The notes under the pieces were generated by a model, which saw nothing but the letters and a program-made list of their open reading frames with translations, had not been told where the DNA came from and did no database searches. A program made the position numbers and the translations under genes. Positions 13,080 through 26,460 of a stretch of 64,000 nt of DNA are shown one piece after another. Numbering within the stretch: the stretch's first letter is position 1; every line of letters starts with the position of its first letter. The DNA lies in NCBI GenBank assembly GCA_030704615.1, contig CM060732.1:74710001-74774000 (forward strand). Reading direction: 5' to 3'. Origin of the DNA: Takakia lepidozioides (lineage: Eukaryota; Plantae; Bryophyta).

Positions 13080-16000
13080 GGCGGGGGGGCAAGAGAGGCG
13101 AGATATTTTCTGAGTCCTTACCATCTTGGACCAGAATTCGATTGATGCAAACACATGTTTGTCCGGTGTTTCGGTATTTGCCTGCCAGCTGCGCTTGCCA
13201 GCATGCCCATGCAAGGTATAGCATCAGGATAATGAAGACCGTGCAGGTCTCACAGAGATCCACTCAACAGGGACCCACTGATTTCAAGTTGATGGTTATT
13301 TTGAGTCGATCTCCAATCCATTAAATCATTGATGTGATATTTTCTTATGCTGAGAGGAAGCTGCGAGCAAGCGAGCAAGTTGGATGCGTGAAGACACCCT
13401 ACTTTTTACGGGGCGCAAGAGAGCCAAGAGTGTGCACGTGGCAAAAATATATCCTTACCAGACTTCACAACAACTAGAGGACCGACTAATAAGAGGTGGT
13501 GACATAATCCAATTTTTCACCCCTGAAATTCCATCTGTCAGGCTCTGAGGAATTCACAAGAGTGAAGGCAGCACCACACAAGAGCACGAGCCCCTGCTTA
13601 CCGTGCCCTTGACTGCTAGCTCCAAATTGGCATCATCAAAGATAATGCAAGGTGCATTTCCTCCCAGCTCCAGAGACATCTGCATTCCCGTTGCCAGCCA
13701 ACTCAATTCAGACCCAAGAAAACACAATCTTTAACAGGGTAGGAGGAAGAATCTTAACTACAAAACCCCACAGACCTTTTTTACGGTGCCTGCAGCTCCA
13801 GCCATAAGTATTTTTCCAACTGCCGTGGATCCTGTGAATGTAATTTTTCGCACCTGCACAGCCGACTATTTGTATTGAATGACACGTTGGATTTTCAGCC
13901 TACACAAATTTATACATCTAAATTCTCCTTTAAGTCCCTCACTGCTAGCTCTCGTCCATTTCTGCAGATAATACAGTACATCTGCTTTAGATTTAAATCA
14001 AAGCCCTTAGCATTGCTCAATCCATCCTGATTAATAAAAATCACAGCAAAATTCCGCACATCCAAGCTTCTCAGCAAAGGCTTCAGCGATTTGCAGCTTG
14101 TCTGACATGAACATTGCAATACTGTACCTGGCTGCTTGCCATAAAGGCTGCACCAATTTGTACAGGGTCCCCAATAATCAGATTCAGCACACCCTGGCAC
14201 ATCACAATGAACTCCTGATCAGGTAAACCTCCAGGGGTACCTGCATAACTACATAAAGGGATGCATCAAAGCAAAATGATTCTGGGTTGATTCTGGGTGT
14301 CCAGAAGTCTACATGATACGTATGACCCAAATAGACTTGATCCTGTTCCACTACCTGACTTGCATGTAGTAAACTGTTGAGTTTCAGTGCCTTTTAATAC
14401 TACATCCTGGTCCAGTCTCCTCATCTTAGCATTTCCTATGACCTTGGATTAAATGGAGGAATGCCTTCCTTAGAATGATTAGACGGATGTAACTTGGTTC
14501 TAATAAAGACCATAACACCTGCAGAATGTAAGAAAATTGGATATGAAAGTACAGGAGGGATGCCGGCTTGAAGGGCAAGTTCACCAGCAGCCAACGCTGT
14601 CAAGGGAGTAAGCTCCGAAGGCTTGACTATAATTGTACACCCCGCAGCCAGTGCTGGGGCCACCTGCTTCAAACTCCCAACCATCCATGTTCAGTGTGCT
14701 GATGCAAGGATGCACAACCCAACCAGTCTTTGGCCAGGCCTTCCAAGCACTAAGATGACTCAACAGCTCAGATACAAGTCTCAGCATTTTCAGAATAAGT
14801 TAACACCACCAACAATGTCTACAATACACAAGGAAGACCATCCAGTTTCACCAAGTAAAACATATACAATGGTACTTTACTATGTGAAGTCTTGACCATG
14901 TTACATGAGGGTGAGATAAAAACCTTGCGAGTAATCATTGCAAGAGGGAAATTCCAGGGTGTGATAGCACCCACAACTCCAACCGGCTACCCACACATAC
15001 AGTCAGCAGTGAGTAACCCACTACTGCTTAGTTCTCTTTTCATGCAGATGTAGCCATGCTTTTGGTCTCCTAGGAAAGCAGATCAATCTCTTTTGTAAAA
15101 GGAAACTATAGTAAGTTCAAAATTTTCATCAATCAACAACTTGTTGTCTCAACAGGACAGTAAAGAGGTGTGTCCCTACAGGGTTGTCCTACATGTTTGA
15201 GCACGAATATCCTCTTATCAGAGACAGGAGATGGAATGATGTCCCCATACATACGCTTTGCTTCTTCAGCGTAAAGCTCCACAAAACCTGCACTGTACAC
15301 AACCTGCACGCGGGAACTTTAGCACTGTCAAATATTTCAACCAACCCCAACTGTATCTGCAGACCTATCTCTCGTGAATCAATTTCAATAAACCACATCC
15401 TCTCAGCACGAAAACAATGAGAAAATCAAGCTTTTTGGATGTGAAACTAATCTAGGGACATTGAGCACCTCTCCAACTGCCTCAGGAAGAGGCTTTCCTT
15501 GCTCCTGTGTCATAATTTGAGCGAGGTCATCTTTGTGTGCAATCAGCAAATCATACCTGCACTCCGATATGATGAGCACCAATGAGATGGAAAGATAGAA
15601 TGGGTAATAGAGCAGCTGATCAGTAATTCCAACAATAGGAGTGAACGTTTGGCATTAATAAGGGGTCACCTGCCTTGTCTCTTCTTATCGTTCCTACCCT
15701 CCCTACCCTTACTGCTCTGTTGAACCTGGAAGCATTGGTGCATAGCAAGAAGCACAATCCCATATGTACATCTATTGATTACCGATCGAATTGGTGACGT
15801 GGTGGCTTTACCATCTGCGCAGAATCTTGCTTCGATCTGCAGCTGTTCTTTGACTCCAAGCTGTAGGAGGACACCCAGTTCTGAAATTTGTCAGGAATCC
15901 GCAGCCAAAGCTAAATATGCTGGAGAAATCCCAGTCATCCAACTTTATGCTCAGATGGAACTGGCAGCATCATCAGAGTGAAAACAATAGCAGGTACCTG

Positions 16001-17083
16001 GAAAAGCGTCAGAGGCAGCCTCAATAGCCTGTAGTGTCTCTGTACCACCCATGAAGGGCACATTCACAAGCAGTTCACCTGTTGCTGGATTATGCACCTG
16101 TCCAACGCCCACCCAATCCATCTCAATGCGACTTGTGCATAGATGACACCAAATTTGCATTAAGCAGCTTGGCTGACCACTCGATTTGAACATCCCCAGA
16201 AAAAAAACCTTCCACGATGGTGGAGAGAATTAACTCAGCAGATGTAATTCATACTGTAAGATTCAGAGAGAAAATCACAGTTCATATGCTAGAGAGATCT
16301 CTAACCAACTACCTCCATGTACCTGAAAGAGGGAGATAGGTGGAAGGGTGAGGACATTTTCTCTTAAGGAAAGAGTAGGGGAGATGAGCAAACCCTTCAT
16401 ACACCCCATCTGTACTATAAGGTGCCATTATTTCACTACCTGGTTCCGTTCCATGTGTGTGTACTGCCCAGGACACGAGAAGCTAGTTTTCAGCAGTATC
16501 GTGCACTATCAAAAATGGCACTATCATGGTCGAGCCACTTCAATAGAGCTTAACAGAATCTATGAGACTCTGATTGATACATACTGGCACAGTGCGCCCA
16601 TCATGAGAATCAGTCCATCGGCCTCCGATCAGTGCTTGACTGCGCAGCAATTTGATGTCACGCACGTGTGAAACTGTACCCATCTGCGGACGTGAACTGC
16701 TGCTCAGTTCTCATAGAGACCACTCTGCCAACTTCCGTAATCGATACTGCAGCCTTCCTATCAAAAACCTGACCTACCTATGTTGAAATAGGAGGGGACC
16801 CCACAGCAACTCCCATCCTTGCCAGTATTCTCAAAATTGGGGAGCTCACTTCTAACATTACTGCACTGCTCTACTTGCATGCATCTGCTAATTCTCACTC
16901 TTCTCTAAATAACAGAATGCTTTCATAACCGAACATGAGAACCCAACTTCTGGCACCATAGACACATCACAGCCCACAAGAACGACATTGCACAGAGGGT
17001 ACACGCGCGGGGAGCATGAGCTAAATCACCTGGCGACCTCCGAGCAGAGGTAGCAGCAGTTTAGTGAAAACGCGCATTAGCAT
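9236..17083 (-). CDS. ALDH5F1: Succinate-semialdehyde dehydrogenase (ALDH family 5), about 20 exons
   Basis: Exons read [18 protein letters not shown] (16585-16683), [65 protein letters not shown] (catalytic Cys), [35 protein letters not shown] and final exon [15 protein letters not shown] (9236-9283). First exon 17030-17083 ([18 protein letters not shown]) is less certain. Confidence 0.93.
13045..13074. repeat. (GA)n microsatellite in an SSADH intron
   Basis: Direct reading of gagaga... run. Confidence 0.9.
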
Positions 17084-18053
17084 AGCGCGTTCTGGCTGCC
17101 AGCTGAGTGGAGACTCGAGAGATGGCAGGCCAGTAAAACTTTACAGCGGGGTGATCGCTGTGATATGAAGATGATCTCCAGGTCTGAACACTGTAGTCAA
17201 GACCCAATTGTGTGGTTGCTCCCGCAGGAACTGCCGCCCTCCACAGACCGAGTCGTTTGTCGTCTGTTTGTGTCTGTTTGTGAATGAGCTTCCAACCTCT
17301 CCACCTATATTTCCTGTACTGGAAAAGCTTCGAAGAGACTATTTTTTTGCACTGGATTGGGGAAGCCACAGTGGTACTTCTTTGCTTCTTTGCTCATTCT
17401 TTGCTTGTTGCCTTTTCTAGCTTCCTCAGACTTTTCTAGTTTGTTGAAGAATCTCTCTTGAAGGAGAGGAGGCAAACACTCAACTCCATTACACTAAATG
17501 GACAGGCAGGGACACCACTAAGTTGCTGAAAGCAAGATGCAGAGAAGGGGCGACAAGCACCTCACCCCCTTGCATATGTTGATGGGAAAGTTCTCAACCA
17601 GTATAATTTCAGTACCCCGTGATCGCAGGTTTTTGATGTAATACAAACAAGGAAACATCACTCACAAGGATTACAGGCCCCGGTATTAGATTTGTCAGAG
17701 ACACTAACAACAGCTTGAAAGTGAAATCAAATGTGTTATTGCTTCTCTGGGGACCAGCAGCACAGATTTCAGAGTGTTCCTTAAGCTACAGCAGCAAAAA
17801 ATGGCCTCCATGACTTTCGAGCAGAATAAGAATGTCGACAGCCTCCCTGCTCCCGGTTCCGGTTAGTGGCGGTTCCTGACCCACTAAGAACCGCCGGTTC
17901 CGCCACCTCCTTCTCATGATTTACTCTGCTTCTACAAAATGGCGGAACTGCAGTCCATTACAGGAAACAATCCCATGACTTATGTTGTTTTAGATTACAG
18001 TGTCTGATATCAAAGAACGGCAGTTCATCGTCCATTGTCCTACCAGAGTGGCA

Positions 18054-21000
18054 CTACCAGTAACCTCTGCCCCGACTGCGACCCCCACGCCAACCACCCC
18101 TGCCCCCAGCCCTGGTGCCTCGTGATAGGCCAGCTAGTGCTCTGCTCACAGGTTCCCTCGAACCTACACCATCCCCTCGTCCCCTTTTTGGTGCTGTGGC
18201 CCCGCCTCCATTTATTGCTGTTGCTCCCCGCTTCACCCTTCAGTTGTCAGAGCCCACACATCTGTCAGTACCAAGAAACTCAAGAGTACACACTGAGTGT
18301 AAACTCATACACCAACATAAGCTCCAATAACCCACTGCATGGTCACATGATTTTAAGCCTGTCAGCCATAGCCAGCAAGCACACCGATGACAAATGTCCA
18401 GCCCTATATGAATGATTCATAATCAGCTTACTCAGAAAACCTCCACATACCAACACTTCCCAGGCACTTCCGTAAGAAGAGAGAGAAGAGCCCACATAAC
18501 AATGCCACCCTTTCCTTCAGACACAACCACTAAAATGCCTAAAACATCTTACCCTGTGGCAGCGTTGGCAGGTGTCACAACATTTTTGGAAAATTCCTTC
18601 CACGAAAGATTGATTATCTTCTTGTCCCCAAAGAATGCAGGTGCTTTCTGATGTAACGGCTGCCAACAGCAGGAACATAAAATCTCAGCAACAATGCCAA
18701 GAGAGAGAGAATACTTTGCTTCCAACGAACAAGCCAGAATGAAAGCAGGGCCTTTCTAATGTTATGGCTGCCAACAGCAGGAACAAACAATCTCCAGCAA
18801 CAGTGCCAAGCAAGAGAGTACTTTGCTTCCAAGAAACAGACTGTGATGGAACATAGTGCAATAACCAGACCTGCGTCAAGGTCAGAACGTTGTTACAAGT
18901 GCGGAGTCCAGTGTGTGTACTCTGTTTCTTTGCTTTCTGTGTATGCCACTGACCCAGACATCAGCTATTCTTCCACAGACACAGAAATCAAATTATTAAC
19001 CGTGAAAACTGAAGAGATGACACCCATCTATAAAGTTCATGCCAAAGCTCATGTCATAACAAACGGCTACCAGCCAAATCACACTGCATGCAATAAAAGT
19101 AATCCCATTGCCGGTTAGACTTCTACATATCTAAATACTGTGCATGTACACACCATTAATTATGGAAACCAAGCTGACAGCTCAGACCTAGCAGGTATCA
19201 ACAAGGTTTTAACCACACCAATAACAACTTACAACAACAGCTTTCGCAGCATCGTTTTTAGCAGCAGACATGGCCTTGTTGAGCTCTGACATTCCCTGCG
19301 CTAGCTTCTTATTGGTCGTCTTTGCCAACTCCTCCACTACTGTCAATCTACACACTCCCAACATAAAAAATTTACCAAATCTTTCATAGACCACGGAAAT
19401 ATCTTTGGCAAGGAAGAGAGAGATAACCCAGGTCAAATTTTTTACCAACCAAACACCTTGAAGACAAGGGTCGCAAGCCAAGAGGACCCACCCTAGCAGG
19501 GCCAGGGGTTGAAGGAACACACCAGGCACAGACAGACTAAGGGCATGTCCCAGGAAAGACAACCCCCACCTAAGGAAAAGAGACAAAAAGACAAAAACCA
19601 AGACCAGTTCCCCAAATGTGGCAGCAGAGGGATAAGACTAGAACCAAGAACCGACCGGAGAGGGTCAACACAGACAATAGAATCAGCCAGGAAAACAAGA
19701 TCCATGCACCACGAAGAACGGCAAAAGCCAGCAAAGAAGGCGTCCAATGCATCCTACCAATCAATGCGGGAAGAGATGCATCACTTGACAGAGGATGAAT
19801 CAAATGAATAATGGCCTTTATATCCCTAAGTATTTAACCTAGCAAGCAAGGCCTCAGGTTTGGCCTCCTTCACTCTCAAGAGAGCTTGCTGCAAGATGGA
19901 ACACGCTCTTCTGGCGGCATTCATCATTTCGAACCAGATGCTGATAGGCCCCGTCATGACCTGCTCATTCTGCAACAGAAGCAGCATCTGGCTTTCCAGA
20001 TATGCCAAAGGGTGTACGCCCTTATGCCAGTCATTCTTCTTCCAGTGACATCAGACATATTGAGGATCCTGAACTCGTAGGAACCCAGAGGGAAAGGGCC
20101 CAGATTTGTTTGGCTTTTGGGCAGAAGAGTAGGCACTGCTCCCAGAGTTTCTATGAGGCCCGCTCCACAACCTTTGCACAAAAGAGAGCTTCCTATCCTC
20201 AGCCATTTCCTCTGCATAAAACTCTGAGGGCGATTTGCCAGAGAAAGGCTCTTATCTTTCTGGGCCTCGATGGAGACCATGTGTTTCCAAATGACGGAAC
20301 AGTTGGTTTCGGATAGGGCCCAGCCACCAGTTCGAAGAGAGAGTAGCAAACAATCTAGTGTTAGCTGCAACTTGCATGCGAGCTTGGGATTGTATTCAGA
20401 AAGGGGATATATGCTGTTCTCCTTGAGCAGTAATAGTACTCCAAAACCCCTCATCAGGATCCCAATCCAGCTTCTTCATAGGACATCCGCCAAACCAGAG
20501 CAGCTCGTTATGCGACTTTTTCTGCCCACATACATGGATCTTTCAAGGGTAGGAGGGTTGCATTTGATGAATTCCTTGTGAGGAGAACACTCCCAGATTC
20601 TCACTTCCTCCAGCTTTGCAAGGGGGAGGGGGCCAGTGGGGCCTTTGTAGCTCATAACATTCTTGGCGAAATCTCAAATTGCCAGCCCCAGCCATTCTTC
20701 CTGTCGGGTTTCTCAAATGGACAAGGATTGAGAATTATGACCATCCTTCCAAATGCAAGAAGAATTGGGAGAGGTTGCTCACAACCGTAGAGAAGGGTGT
20801 CGGGGTCTCTCTCTCACTCTATCTCTCTCTCTCTTGGCTCCTGCAGCTACCGGAGCTAAAAAATACCACGAAAGAAACTCAATTTTTAATGTGTGGTCAG
20901 GGACCCTCAGTAAACCAAAGAGCTGCTCGTCCCTTGCCTTTCAGTGAAGTCTTTAAAGAGCTCCGTAAAGTCCTCTCCTAACCGGTCTGAAGGTTGGCCC

Positions 21001-24000
21001 GTCACTATTTTGAACCCACATAAGCTGTTGGTGGTATTGGGTGTCTGCAGACCCACACACGACCCAGGATCACCCAATTATTAGCATGTGACTAGAAGGA
21101 TTAAGGCTAAGCCCTGTAGCAAAGTGCTTCTGTATTACAGTACACCTTGTGCCATCCACTGCACCATATCAACACCTAAATGCGATTGTTCTTATATGTA
21201 GGAACTTTTGACCAACATTATTATAAATGAATGGGAGCAAGTGTATGCTACCAAACCTGGCATGGCCAGTCAAAAGAACACAATACACTAGCTAGACTGA
21301 CCTGCCTCTGTTTCAAAGATTCAAAAATGCAGACAGAGTAACAAAAGGAATGCAACCTTGTGAGCTAGAAAACAAAATACTTGCTAGACTGACCTGTAAC
21401 TGTTTCAAAGGATCAAAGATGCAGAGAGGATAACAGAAGGAATGTAACCTTGTGAGCTAATTGATGGAACATATACAGCAGACACTCCACATACGTAAAA
21501 TTCAACTCCTCTCCACTCTTCCTGCGTGGCATGTACTTCTGCAAGCATGTTTGTCTGTATGAGATGTAGCAATTTGCATCAATCTGTGGAGGCAGTTCAG
21601 AAAATACACGAGAAATCAAGAGAAAAAAGCCAAATTTGTCTAGAAAAACCATTTCTAAGAGAGGGTGACGTTTGGACCACAGAATTTATTGGAGCACAGG
21701 TACAGCAGGAGAGAACAACATGGCCAATTTACCTTGAGAAGTGTCACAATAGTGGGAAGGAGCTGACGAGCATCGGGTGCAGATGTGAATGGCGAACTCT
21801 CAGCTAGATTTTTGAGCAGGTCCAACTTCCTATCCTCGGGAAGCTGCAATCACTCTTGCTATGTGAGGTAAACCCGATAATCCAAGCGTTAACCTTGCAT
21901 GCTTTAGAAAGTGCACTTCAACTTTATTCCACAGCCAATAATGTAATTTACCTTGTCAAAGACAGGAAGAAGGCGCTTATTGAGGTAATTGAGAAACTTG
22001 CTGTTAGAAGCCCCAAGCTGCACATGAAACAAGCTCCGAATCAGATAACAATTACAGGCTCTAGGAAACCTTGCTTCAGCACTCTGGCCAACTGGAATCA
22101 AGCCTGCAATTCACTGCTGTCCTTCTGTCATACCTTAACATGCTGAGAACGAAAGATATTTTGTCTGAGACAGAAGTGACTGAAATATTACAGAGATCAT
22201 CATCAAAAACATGCCATGAAGGATCGAGTGATACCGGGAAAAAGGAGAGAGCCATATTCAAGCAGGACATCAGACGGTCAATGTGGTCTGTATCTGATAT
22301 CTGCACAGGGGACACACCGGCCGAGTATGTCATCCTTCCTAGCAATATTCCTCTGCTTCGCAGAATTGAAGAAAATATTACTTGACAAAAAGATCCAACC
22401 CTTTACTTGAAAGGATCCAGTTTGAAAGTGCACCACACGGACTACACCTACACCAAACCTCTGAGAAGGAATGACCTAAAAGGGAGAAAATGTGGTTGCT
22501 TCTCTTTTCTCAGACGTGTTCAGAAAGTGATCCAGCAGTGCAATGACCAATATCAGGGTCCATGCCTCAGGAGCCGAGAGGTTGTCATCATTGAAATCCA
22601 CATATGCCCTTGTGATTATTTACCCTAAACCCCCACCAATTCTTTCCCTCACTCAAAAGAGGAGGAAAGTCAATGAACGTGTATGTCCTCTCGACAACAA
22701 CAGCAAGGCAGGGAGGAATGTTCACACACAGTGAAGAGGGCATCCAGATCAGCTTGACCCTCCACAATCTCCAGTAACTCCTGCACACGTTCTGGGGGGG
22801 CCTCGTCTCCAAAAAGCTTCAAGCTCTTGAGAAAGTCCATGAACATCTTGAACTCAGCTCCTGTCACATCTTGAAGACTCTGCATGACGAAACAATGCCA
22901 AATCCGGTGCTAAAACAACCACTCAGCTGCAGTTGTCCCTATGCACCAAGAACGACAGATACATTCTCTTCCATAAGAGGAGAAAGAGGTGGCTTGGAGG
23001 ATAAAATCAGACACAATAAAATTGAAGAGAGGAGCGGCATAAGAAACCTTCTAATGAGATCAGCTTCTGTCACATCTTGAAGACTCTGCATGACGAAACA
23101 ATGCTGCAGTAGCCCCTATGCACCAAGAACGACAGACACATTCTCTTCCATAGAGGAGAAAGATGTGGCTTGGAGGATAAAATCAGACCCAATAAAATTG
23201 AAGAGAGGATCGGCACAAGGAACCTTCTTAATGAGATTGGTGATGTGCCTCTCCATCTCATCCTGAGGTCGCAGTATCTCTTCTTTGACTGGAAACACCT
23301 GCGTTTTGTCGTACACCTCATTTACAAGTCCTACGAGACTTACATCACATACATGTAAGTCACTTGAAAAATAACCAAAAGAAGTACCGACACAGTAAGA
23401 ATTTCATGTGACGAGCACAAACATGGTTCTCTGACCAGCTCCTTCAAGCAACAATTCACCACATCACTGTTGATAACATGCTTGCTGAAGGGACACTACA
23501 TAAAAGGTGAGAGAGCACATACTTTCTCTCTAACAAATATAAGAACCTTCTCCCGTATGTTCTCATCTGGGTTTTCAATGTGCTTGAACAATGCTGTCAA
23601 TGATTCTGCAATAAGTACAATCCCCCATCAGCCAATTCCACCCAATCTTCCGAACTTGAACCAGCATTGTGCTTGAGCACCTCTATAAAAGTCTAGCGCG
23701 AGATGGAATGAACTTCAGAACAACATCAGCATTGGACAATAAGGTGTGCTTCACTCTCATAATGACTGCTGTCAATCAGCCACAGAATAATCTGCTATGG
23801 TTTACCTTTGGTGTCCTGCAGCAGCACTGACATAAGTGCCTTTTGCACAGCATCTCGCTCCAAGCCCTCCTCTGTCACCAGCACCCTGGAAAGTTTAGCA
23901 TGACAACAATAAACGACAAAAATTTGGGCTCACCAAAATTCACATAACTGATAGTAGGAGAGGATGTTGGCACACACCTGCAAGGAGAAGCTGGCCCAAC

Positions 24001-25222
24001 ACATCTGCAATCTTGGGCAAATGCTCCAGAGTGTCCTTGGATAACAAAGGTAGCCCACGAATGGCCTGTACCCGAATCTGAGCTCCCCCATGCATATGTT
24101 CAATACTCTCTTCTGTTCTGAATGTCTCCCAGTCTACACAGACAACAACCACTATTTTTCTCCCTTCTTCTCTCTCACTCCCACCTGCCCTTCCAACCTC
24201 ACCTTCATCTGAATGCTTGTGAATTTCAATGAGACCATTCCATGGAACCCTAACTTACCAGCACTAGCTGCTACCTAAGGAACCTTCCCACCAAGGTGGA
24301 TGAGAACCCGCAGGAACACAAACTACAGCCAAGCATTTGTATTCATTTGGCTGGCATACTACAGCAATAATGCACATCGCAACGTTCAGCAACTACTGCT
24401 TGCTCTAAACACTACATTTCAAAAACTGGGTGAAAAAGGCACCATAATTTAAAGCCTCTAGCCCTCAGACATTTCTTATAGACTACAACATTATACAATC
24501 ATCCTTCCAAACTTCATACGAAGGTAGTGCTGTTGCCACTGAAAGATAATGTCAATATTCTGGCAAACTGCGGCGTTCCAGTAACAATACGTTCTAGTGC
24601 CCGAACAAGAATGACGTCATCAGCACAAATAAGCATGCCAGAAATCGACCAAAACATGTTAACAACCCTTTGTTTTGGTCAACGGCCTAAAGCCAAAACC
24701 TTGTACACTGAAGGTACTAAAACCTCCAACAGCCACTTCTGACTTAAACACGTGCACAAGCAGGAGACTGTAGACCCCGCCTAAATGAATTCGTGCCAGC
24801 CTTCTCCAGGCCCTTCTAACAAAAACCTCAAAACCTAAGAAACTGATAAATGCTCACCCCCAATTCATCTTCCTCGCACAAATCCATCTGGGCGTTGATA
24901 GCATCAGACGAAAGATTGGGAAAATGCTTGAAGAAGCGTGGAATGAGCTGTGCAGCTAGTTGCTTTTCCTTACTGCTGCCCCTTGCCGCTGATATTATGC
25001 CCACATACTCGGCCTCGTTCTGCCCCATCTCACACCAAGCAGGTCTTTCGGTAAGCTACAAACACTACACAACAAGAAATGACATACCTCTCCCTCCCTC
25101 GCTCAGCCAGTGCAGGCAGATGTAATGCAATATACCTTGGACTTGTCAGCCGATTCGTTGAGACGGTCTCCATACTCGTACAGCTTCTCAATCGTAGCGG
25201 ATGCATCCTGGGGTGCAGCCAT
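18054..25222 (-). CDS. API5: Apoptosis inhibitor 5-like protein, about 16 exons
   Basis: Starts MAAPQDASATIEKLYEYGDRLNESADKSK; exons give KQLAAQLIPRFFKHFPNLSSDAINAQMDLCEEDELG, IRVQAIRGLPLL, LQDVTGAEFKMFMDFL, LNFTYVECLLYMFHQLAHK, NSLCGFKIVTGQPSDRLGEDF, GLRTCNNVL, and the RG-rich end GGRSRGRGYW* at 18054. Confidence 0.93.
19500..20800 (-). mobile_element. Degenerate L1-type LINE ORF2 C-terminal fragment in an API5 intron
   Basis: Frameshifted zf-RVT-like segment (LCKGCGAGLIETL...) and plant L1-type YTLWHIWKARC motif in ORF 19954-20454, inside intron 19348-20937. Boundaries approximate. Confidence 0.6.
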
Positions 25223-25668
25223 TAGAGCACAGCAGGTAGAATGTTCCAGCAGAGCAGCCTACATACGCTTCCGATCACGGCCCTCGCACATCACACCACA
25301 CAACACAACAGCGCAGCAGGCTCGCTCGCAGCCAAACTACACTCGGGCCTTCTTCTCCCTTGCGCTCATACTAGGTATATAGCCAGGTACCTTCCCACCT
25401 AAATTCAGGTACCTCGCTGAATCGGTAGGTACCAGTGTTTGGACCAGTATATATGGTCAGACTTGAGTATTCAGTAAAGGTATGATAAGTGGTATGAAGA
25501 ACCATACCCTACTGGTATGAAAGAACATTATACCCAGGTGCATAACCTATTGGGGTGGATATTGAGTTAAGGATTTACTCGTCGATATCAGACCGGATTG
25601 GCCTGGGTTGTCGCCGTTGTTACACTACCTGTGATATGAACCGGTTACAAGCGGCGATGGTGCTCAGT

Positions 25669-25846
25669 ATATATATATATATATTTGACGCCTCCTGAAG
25701 GAAGCGTAAATTATGGTGTCTCCTCACCCCTGAGGAGTTACTGCTTTTTGCTAGGAAGGTGGATACCTTTGTGACACCAAGGGTGGATTGAACCCACAAC
25801 CACTTCCGAGGTGGTATGTGCCTATTACCACTGGGGCTACAACTTG
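25669..25846 (-). mobile_element. tRNA-derived SINE-like repeat, copy 1
   Basis: Minus strand shows A-box-like TAGCCCCAGTGG (25828-25839), B-box GGTTCAATCC (25785-25794), a ~40-bp 3' segment shared with 56859-56898, and a (TA)n tail. Confidence 0.5.
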
Positions 25847-26460
25847 GTTGTCTGAAGCTGGTAGCGTGTGAGCACTCATGTGAGCACAAGGGCATATTCC
25901 CCAAATTTTCGAGAAATTTCCACAGCAAAATGAAATTGACAAAATTAACAATTATGCAAAACTAACACATAAAGGACAAGTAGCCCCTATACCTGATGAA
26001 CATGTTACCCTATAGGCGTGGCTTTTTCTCCATAAGAGGCAGGAGAGTGGGTGGTGAGGCTTCATCTCAACTTTAAGGTCCTTTCCCTTGCAAAATTTAA
26101 CCAAATTAAAAAAATAAAATTCTGAGCCTTTTGTTCCTTTCTAAGAAAATAAATTAAGAATATTTTTATCTCCCATCTATTGGGCGAAGGGGCTCCAAAA
26201 TGAATGAACCTAAGTACATAGGTACCTACTACCTACTTTAGAGTATTTAATGTACCTTTCCTCGATACGTATTTGTGAATTTAATACTTGTACTCGTATG
26301 GTCGATTTCGTATGCATTGAGCATGTATGGGTATGCCCATGCATGGTAGGGCGCTTGAAAATTTGGCGCCACTGGGAAGCAGGTGGTGTGCGAGAGACAG
26401 ACAGAGAGACAGACAGAGAAGAGAATTGAGAGGGAGAGGGAGAGGGAGAGGGAGAGGGAG

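Noticed and set aside
17850-17910. Small imperfect inverted repeat (CCGGTT-rich) between SSADH and API5
   Set aside because: Too short to classify; possibly a MITE scrap.
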